DNA of 64,000 nt from Oligoflexia bacterium (GTDB taxonomy: Bacteria; Bdellovibrionota; UBA1018): the NCBI GenBank assembly GCA_963758495.1, contig CAVWVI010000003.1:64001-128000 (forward strand), written 5' to 3'. The notes beneath the pieces were generated by a model. The model saw only the letters and a program-made list of their open reading frames with translations. It had not been told where the DNA came from and did not search any database. Made by a program: the position numbers and the translations under genes. Below, one piece after another: positions 58,043 through 64,000 of the stretch (position 1 is its first letter; the number at the start of each line of letters is the position of its first letter).

Positions 58043-58209
58043 TCAATTTCTCCCTGCCGTCCTTTAAACCCATCGGTAAGAACCCGGAAGATATTTAGAT
58101 CCTCTTTTTAGTGAGCTGCAGGAGTCGTTTTTACTCGCATTCAAGGAACAATCACTGTTATCTCTTACTTTAAGAATTCCTAATACCAAAGACAGGTAAA
58201 GACTTACAC

Positions 58210-60927
58210 GTGTCAGACGACCTTATTCATTCTTTAATTGATTGCAGTCAGCTGAGTGGCATCATCGGCAGCGAAACTCGCTCGCGCATGACACAAATGC
58301 TTGAATTTTCTCCACTTCCTACGCTTTCTCCTACTAAAGAGCGAAATGTCATACAAAATCTTCCAACTCAATTTGTACCTAACGTTCCGAGTCATCTTTC
58401 ATCCATTGTTCCGTCACTTATTTCAATTGTGGGCAGAATTTTACAAGACCTTGAAGCCAATTTGACTCGCCTCCTCTCTCTGAACCCGAGCCGAAGAGAA
58501 GCCATTGCCCATCACTTGGATAAACTCGCAGGAATGAGTCCTACTCCGAGTTCAGCCTCTGTGAATTCAGAAAACTCTAGGAATTTACGCCGATGGATCG
58601 AAGGCCCTCGCAGTCCGGCTCAAAATGGTGCTCTCAATGCCTATTTTGAAGAACTTGCCATTATAGCTTTAGGTCAGGCCCTTCTGTTAAAATGTTGGTC
58701 AGACAGAAATATACGCAAATGGAGTGAATCGGATTTAGGTCGACTCAATTGGGCTCTCAGCACTGCACTCAAACCCCATATTCCCTTGGATCGAGAGGGA
58801 TGGCACATCACTCGTCCTAATTTATATTCATGGTATAATCCGACCCCTATGCTCCAACATGAAATATGGATTTCTTTGGAGTCTTGGACCATTACAGATG
58901 AAGGGTCCAGCTTTCTCATTTCTTTATTAACTCCTCTTCGACGTGCCCAACCTGAAGCTTTTGAGCCTTTAGGTTATGACTCCAGATTTTTTAAATCACT
59001 CTGGGATCATATTGAAACATTTGGTTTTAATACTCAGCCAGAACTAGGTGCCCTTAAGCGCAATAAAATTGTCTTTTCACCGACCCTAAGAAATGGCTCC
59101 ATCACGAGATTAGGACCACCTTCAATTACTTGGATTGGGCTAGAGTCATCTTATTTTCAATTGATATTAGCAGAGCTTGCTCAAATATGGTCGGGCCCTG
59201 CGGCTCCTCCATTTTGGTCTGTTGGAACTGGTCTTGAAGTGCATACTCGAGATCAACTCGCTCTTGCACTTGGCTCGCCAAAACCATCTGTTCTATGCAG
59301 AATCAGCGAAATGGAAGCATGTGACGCTGCATTTATTCTAGAAGAGCAAACGATTCGTGCACAAGGAAGAAATGCAAACGCAAATCGTTTTCGTGAGCTA
59401 CTCGACAAACTCCCTTACTTTAAAAAACTTCGATCTCCAGGCACGAGCCTGGGGAGCTTACAAACCTGTGTTGCTCTGAATAAATTAAGGCCGGGTGGAA
59501 TTCTGATATGGGCTCGCGAGGAAGCTCTGAGTGTCAAAGATGGCAGTGAGATGCTCAATTTTTTACTGGATCGTGCGAAGTTAATTTGTGAATGGGATTT
59601 TTCAGAACTAGAACATTCTCTTCCCATTGCGATTCCACCCTTTTCAAAATACCTTTATCTCTTTCAAAAAGAGACCCATATTGAAGCTCGTCTTTCACAC
59701 CGACCTATTCGACATTCCATCCAAGGCCAATTAAGAAGTCATGTCGAGATCTCATTACTCTTAGACGATGCATTCCAAGCCACACCCAATTCATCGGCAT
59801 ACCACGGACATTGGAAAATTTTATCTCATTCTAGTCCAACTCCTCAAAGAGATTGGCTTGAAAAATGGCCAGATCCTACGTCTCAAAGCACTGTACGAAA
59901 ATTGGATGAACTCAGAACAGCATCATTACCTTTAGCCAACTTCACGACGATTCGTCCTACCCCCGATGGAGACCCAGCCCGCCAGGGAAGATGGTCTGTA
60001 CAGATGTCATTAAGAGGGTTCTGGTTAACTGCCGAATATGACACAGAAGGGCGAAGATTGGTTTCGCGAAGCCTACCGAGACCGGGTCAAGAAATCCAAG
60101 GCTCAGGGTATCTCATCCTAGTTCCTGATGAAAGCTGGGTTGCACCTCTTGCTGCGTACTTAATGTCTGACCTTGTTCAAAAATGGCTGGATCACCATGC
60201 TGAACGCCGTGGAGACAAATGGATTCTAAATGAACAAGTTGTAAAATGGCTTCCAATTCCTAAATCCCTTTTAATTACTCTCGGAGTACCGAGCGCAATG
60301 GAAGACCAAGCAAACTCTCCGTTTTTACTTCCCTTACCTCCCGAGTGGGAAAAGCTCGCCTCAGAGGTGGCTTATCAGCCCAAAGCAATTAAAGAAACAT
60401 TAGAAAAGCTTGCTCAAGATGAGCGCAATCAAGCCATTCACGCTGCGATCTTTGTAAGGACTTCCCGAGCATTAGAAGATATTTACACAGGGCAAGGCCG
60501 ACTTTTTTCATTGGTCACTTCTGATGGAAGGGTTCGCTGGCGAGAGCTGATAGAAATTTTGCCCAAGAGTGAATGCATTGCGATCTCTCTTCACCCGAGA
60601 ATCCGATTATCTGGAAGCTTACCCCCTCATTTACCGATTGGAAAAATCGATCGAGTCAAAGCACCTATGCCAGGTCTTTTGCTAGCAACAGAAAGTGGTT
60701 TTACACTCCATATTGGCTCTGAAAGCCCTATGCTCCTCAATATACTTTGGGACCAACTCGACGGCCTTGCTCACCCCACATGGAATGAACTTCTCCAATA
60801 TTTACGTTTACCCAGAAAAATTGAACTGGCTGAATCCACCGCATTAGATGTTTTGCGTTCACATGAAGAACAAACGATACGCCTAAAAGCATTACGTGAT
60901 TTACTCAGTACTTGTCAGTTATTTTAG
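58210..60927 (+). CDS. Putative catalytically inactive type IIG-like DNA methyltransferase/TRD-fold protein
   Basis: Colinear degenerate motifs LLLKCWSDRNI, NLYSWY, FSPTLRNGS, WIGLESSYFQLILAEL, LNKLRPGG, FLLDRAKLICEWDFS and YLMS...WLPIP; no GxG and no NPPY. Confidence 0.6.
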   Translation: MSDDLIHSLIDCSQLSGIIGSETRSRMTQMLEFSPLPTLSPTKERNVIQNLPTQFVPNVPSHLSSIVPSLISIVGRILQDLEANLTRLLSLNPSRREAIAHHLDKLAGMSPTPSSASVNSENSRNLRRWIEGPRSPAQNGALNAYFEELAIIALGQALLLKCWSDRNIRKWSESDLGRLNWALSTALKPHIPLDREGWHITRPNLYSWYNPTPMLQHEIWISLESWTITDEGSSFLISLLTPLRRAQPEAFEPLGYDSRFFKSLWDHIETFGFNTQPELGALKRNKIVFSPTLRNGSITRLGPPSITWIGLESSYFQLILAELAQIWSGPAAPPFWSVGTGLEVHTRDQLALALGSPKPSVLCRISEMEACDAAFILEEQTIRAQGRNANANRFRELLDKLPYFKKLRSPGTSLGSLQTCVALNKLRPGGILIWAREEALSVKDGSEMLNFLLDRAKLICEWDFSELEHSLPIAIPPFSKYLYLFQKETHIEARLSHRPIRHSIQGQLRSHVEISLLLDDAFQATPNSSAYHGHWKILSHSSPTPQRDWLEKWPDPTSQSTVRKLDELRTASLPLANFTTIRPTPDGDPARQGRWSVQMSLRGFWLTAEYDTEGRRLVSRSLPRPGQEIQGSGYLILVPDESWVAPLAAYLMSDLVQKWLDHHAERRGDKWILNEQVVKWLPIPKSLLITLGVPSAMEDQANSPFLLPLPPEWEKLASEVAYQPKAIKETLEKLAQDERNQAIHAAIFVRTSRALEDIYTGQGRLFSLVTSDGRVRWRELIEILPKSECIAISLHPRIRLSGSLPPHLPIGKIDRVKAPMPGLLLATESGFTLHIGSESPMLLNILWDQLDGLAHPTWNELLQYLRLPRKIELAESTALDVLRSHEEQTIRLKALRDLLSTCQLF

Positions 60928-60945
60928 ATCTATTAGACTTAAGAA

Positions 60946-61647
60946 ATGAGAGAAAATCCGTGGCATTTGAGAATCCCGACCACAGAACACTTCCAATGGT
61001 TTAGTAACCTAGTGGAGCTTCATGAAATTACAACGGCATGGCTGCAAGAAGTCCAAACCGAGCGCCCTTCCTATCTTTTAACTCGAGGTTTGAGTCCAGA
61101 GTTGACGAAAAATCTCTGGATGCTCGATCATTTTTCAAAAAACAAACTGGAAGACTTCTTAGATGACACGACCCCAGAGCATTTATTGAGTCGTCTTGAG
61201 CATACTCTTTGGGCAGTTCAAGCTTGGACGCTGAATCACTTTTATGAGCATTCGGAAGCCAAGCACAGAAATGCCACTGAAACCGTCCTGGAACAAATTT
61301 GTTGGAAACAAGGTCGAAAATGCGCAGAAACGAGATGGAAACTGCTTACAAATCAAGGCAACCAAGATCTCCGAAACATTCTCCTCGCCTTCAAGCACAG
61401 CCCTTTTTCAGGCTATCCACAGGGGGACTCTTTTTTAATCAAAAGAGCCACTCCAGCTCAGATTCAAATCGAATTAAGAGCTTGTCCCCATCAAATTCAA
61501 TTTACTGAAGTCAAACCCATCGCAAATGAGCTTTGTAAGCTTCACTCTCACTGGATGAGAGGGTTTGCCTATGCACTCAATCATAGAGTCAATACTGAAT
61601 TTGAAATTCAAACTCCGAGATGTCTTCAAACTTGGTATTACGCGTAA
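60946..61647 (+). CDS. Hypothetical protein with C-terminal CP...LCxLH (V4R/MetOD-like) ligand/metal-binding domain
   Basis: IELRACPH...LCKLHSHWMRGF...RC pattern. Confidence 0.5.
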   Translation: MRENPWHLRIPTTEHFQWFSNLVELHEITTAWLQEVQTERPSYLLTRGLSPELTKNLWMLDHFSKNKLEDFLDDTTPEHLLSRLEHTLWAVQAWTLNHFYEHSEAKHRNATETVLEQICWKQGRKCAETRWKLLTNQGNQDLRNILLAFKHSPFSGYPQGDSFLIKRATPAQIQIELRACPHQIQFTEVKPIANELCKLHSHWMRGFAYALNHRVNTEFEIQTPRCLQTWYYA

Positions 61648-61648
61648 T

Positions 61649-63328
61649 ATGACAACTCCTCACTTAACCCATCAGAAAGCGCTCCGACTTCAAAAGAATA
61701 TTTTCCGATCACTCAAAGAAGAAGCCGCCCTTTTATTTGGAAAAATGCCAGCCTCAATTCTTCAGTATGAAAAAGAAAATAAAAGTGATTTCCGCCTGGC
61801 CGGAAAGCAATTTAAAACCATTCAAAAAAAGGCACTCATTGATGCAGCGAGAAAGACTGACGTTACTTTTATCGCTGACTTCCACACTTTCGATCAAGCA
61901 CAACGAACAGCATTAAGAATTATTCGAGAAACAATTCAACCGCATCGCCCCTTAATGATAGGTCTTGAACTTGTTTCTAGTCATTTTCAAAATGATTTAG
62001 ATCATTTTCAAGCCGGAAAAATATCCTTAGAAGAATTTCACAAAATTATTTCCTATCATGAAGAATGGGGATTTCCCTGGAAAAATTACACTCCTCTCTT
62101 TGATTGGGCTCGAGAGAATAAAGTTCGGTTGATTGCACTCAATCGACCTAAGATATTATTTCAGTATCGAGATATTCAAGAACTCCATAAAAGAGATCAG
62201 TGGTCCGCAGGAGTCATTACAGACGCTATCCAAGATGGTACAAAAAAAGACATTCGACCTCAAATGATTATCCTTTATGGAGAACTCCATGTAGGAACTC
62301 GCCATCTTCCTCGCCAGCTCACTCAGATATCTACTCAAGTTTTCAAGAAGCCTCTCTCCTGGATTACGATCCATCAAAATGAAGATCGACTTTTCTGGAA
62401 GCTTGCGGAGAAAAATCGAGACCTTCATTCTGAAATCATAAAACTTAAACAGAATATTTATTGTGTATTTTCTGGCACACCGTGGGCAAAATTGCAGTCT
62501 TTGATTAGCTGGGCGGAAGGAGAAACAACGGACACACCCGAGAGTGAGCAAGACTATCTCTCAATCATTAGTACTTATGGAAAAACCGTTGCTGAATTCC
62601 TAGAGGTCACGCCTCCCTCTTATGAATCGCTCACTATGAGTACGATGAACCAGACGGGCTTTTTAGAAAACCTCAAAGCAAGTCGTTCTTTGAGTTCAAC
62701 GGAACTGAAATTAATCCGTTTTCTGGTCGCCCACAATCAAAGGTTTTATATACACAGCAGTGGCATTACTTACTTAGCTTCGCCTTCTCATAATGGGGCA
62801 GCAGAGCTTGCTTCTATTCATTTACTCAGGGCTAAAAATAAGTCTGATGTATTATTCAACCACCAAGAGGATGACTTTTTCAGACTGGTGTTGGAATTTT
62901 CTTTTGGCTTTCTAGGCAGCTTAATTTTCAATCCTCGCAGAAAATGTGACTTACCTAAGGATCATTTAAAAAGGCTAAATATTTTAAAAAAAGGAGCAAA
63001 GCCTACTTTCCCTTTAGAAAGGGAAGCCCGAAAAATCGCATTGGGAATTTTAAATAATCGCACCTCTCCGGGACTGGACATCAAAACAGTCATGACACGC
63101 AAAAACCTAGCCCCAGCAGCGATCATGGGTGCTAAATATTTAGGGAAAATACTAGGAAAAAGGCTCCATCAATCCATTCTTGCAGAATCTGTAGATATTC
63201 AAACACTCAGAAGTCTTTTCTTTTTGGAACCTGAAAAATCGCCCAGATTCTACGCAGGCCAGTACCAAAAACTCATCCATGCGGCCTCTCAAGCGACCTT
63301 AGCACCTAGTAAAAACGATCAACTTTAG
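61649..63328 (+). CDS. ChaN-like domain protein
   Basis: ADFHTFDQAQR, IGLELV...FQ, WGFPW.NY, LIALN, RD and GELH motifs; start reassigned to MTTPH. Confidence 0.65.
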   Translation: MTTPHLTHQKALRLQKNIFRSLKEEAALLFGKMPASILQYEKENKSDFRLAGKQFKTIQKKALIDAARKTDVTFIADFHTFDQAQRTALRIIRETIQPHRPLMIGLELVSSHFQNDLDHFQAGKISLEEFHKIISYHEEWGFPWKNYTPLFDWARENKVRLIALNRPKILFQYRDIQELHKRDQWSAGVITDAIQDGTKKDIRPQMIILYGELHVGTRHLPRQLTQISTQVFKKPLSWITIHQNEDRLFWKLAEKNRDLHSEIIKLKQNIYCVFSGTPWAKLQSLISWAEGETTDTPESEQDYLSIISTYGKTVAEFLEVTPPSYESLTMSTMNQTGFLENLKASRSLSSTELKLIRFLVAHNQRFYIHSSGITYLASPSHNGAAELASIHLLRAKNKSDVLFNHQEDDFFRLVLEFSFGFLGSLIFNPRRKCDLPKDHLKRLNILKKGAKPTFPLEREARKIALGILNNRTSPGLDIKTVMTRKNLAPAAIMGAKYLGKILGKRLHQSILAESVDIQTLRSLFFLEPEKSPRFYAGQYQKLIHAASQATLAPSKNDQL

Positions 63329-63368
63329 TTTTCTAAGAGTTGTGAACACTTGACATCTACTCGATTAT

Positions 63369-64000
63369 TTAAGTTAAATTTGTATCTGGCTCAGATCCTT
63401 TATCTAAACGCTTATCTAATTTTCTATAAATGGTCCGTGAATTAATCCCTAAAAGCTTAGCGGTCATATTTTTATCTCCGGAAGTCGCTTCTAGAGTTTT
63501 TCGAATCAAAAGCTCTTCAACATCTTTTAACGAAGTTCCCAAGGGAACCTCTATGGTAGAAGCATGAGACTTCAATTCGGGTTGGGTCAATATTGCATTC
63601 GACACTAAATGAGGAGGCAGTTCCAATGGAGAAATCGTATTTCCACTCACAAACACGACTGCGCGCTCAATCACATTGGATAATTCACGAACATTTCCAG
63701 GCCAGGAATGAGACATCAAAACTTTAAGCGTCTCTTCCGAGACCCCTTGAACCTCTTTATTATGCCGCCGGCAGGCTGTTCTTAAAAAATGATACGCTAG
63801 CATTGGAATATCCTCTAATCGATCCCTTAAAGGAGGAACATGAATTCCAATGACTTCAAGTCGGTACAGAAGATCTGATCTAAAAGCACCTTCTTGAACT
63901 TGCTGTTTCAAATCTTTATGAGTAGCTGCGATCACTCTTACATCCACTTTTTTAGGTACTGTTGTACCTAAGCGCATGACTTCCTTCTCTTGAAGCACTC
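63369..64000 (-). CDS. sigma-54-dependent transcriptional activator (NtrC/Fis family), C-terminal part
   Basis: DVRVIAAT, FRSDLLYRL, WPGNVREL and a Fis-type HTH; runs off the window end. Confidence 0.92.
   Translation of the reverse strand, partial: VLQEKEVMRLGTTVPKKVDVRVIAATHKDLKQQVQEGAFRSDLLYRLEVIGIHVPPLRDRLEDIPMLAYHFLRTACRRHNKEVQGVSEETLKVLMSHSWPGNVRELSNVIERAVVFVSGNTISPLELPPHLVSNAILTQPELKSHASTIEVPLGTSLKDVEELLIRKTLEATSGDKNMTAKLLGINSRTIYRKLDKRLDKGSEPDTNLT

Overview
A moderately AT-rich bacterial chromosome segment. Gene content (many signal-peptide hypotheticals, ChaN-like protein, orphan TolC-RND, sigma-54 elements) suggests a Bdellovibrionota/Oligoflexia-like organism; this is inference only. 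The backbone is housekeeping: udg, aat, clpA, clpS, ettA, nifU-like, eno, ftsB-like, csp, typA, pntAB, cpaF, PhoH, an aminotransferase, coaD, rsmD and a sigma-54 activator. Three accessory patches interrupt it. (i) A decaying island next to tRNA-Glu (about 0.4-4.1 kb) has two toxin-antitoxin pairs, frameshifted genes, an IS200/605-type end, a MITE and a degenerate integrase. (ii) The 28-40.7 kb region has secreted proteins, an ankyrin/ART-like/HD multidomain protein, a PIG-B-like glycosyltransferase, BrnTA, an IS66 and a tandem gene duplication. (iii) The 48-51.6 kb region has secreted proteins and an IS whose ends match the MITE. The strongest novelty candidates are: a 905-aa protein with the full architecture of a type IIG-like N6-adenine methyltransferase/TRD but neither the SAM-binding nor the catalytic motif, in a three-gene operon; a putative sigma-54 regulon linking a secreted glycine-rich block-copolymer protein with a GH15 hydrolase and a membrane-sensor-fused trehalose-6-phosphate synthase; the secreted ankyrin-ART-like-HD protein; and an unclassified IS/MITE pair. 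All family calls come from motif recognition by eye; no searches were run.
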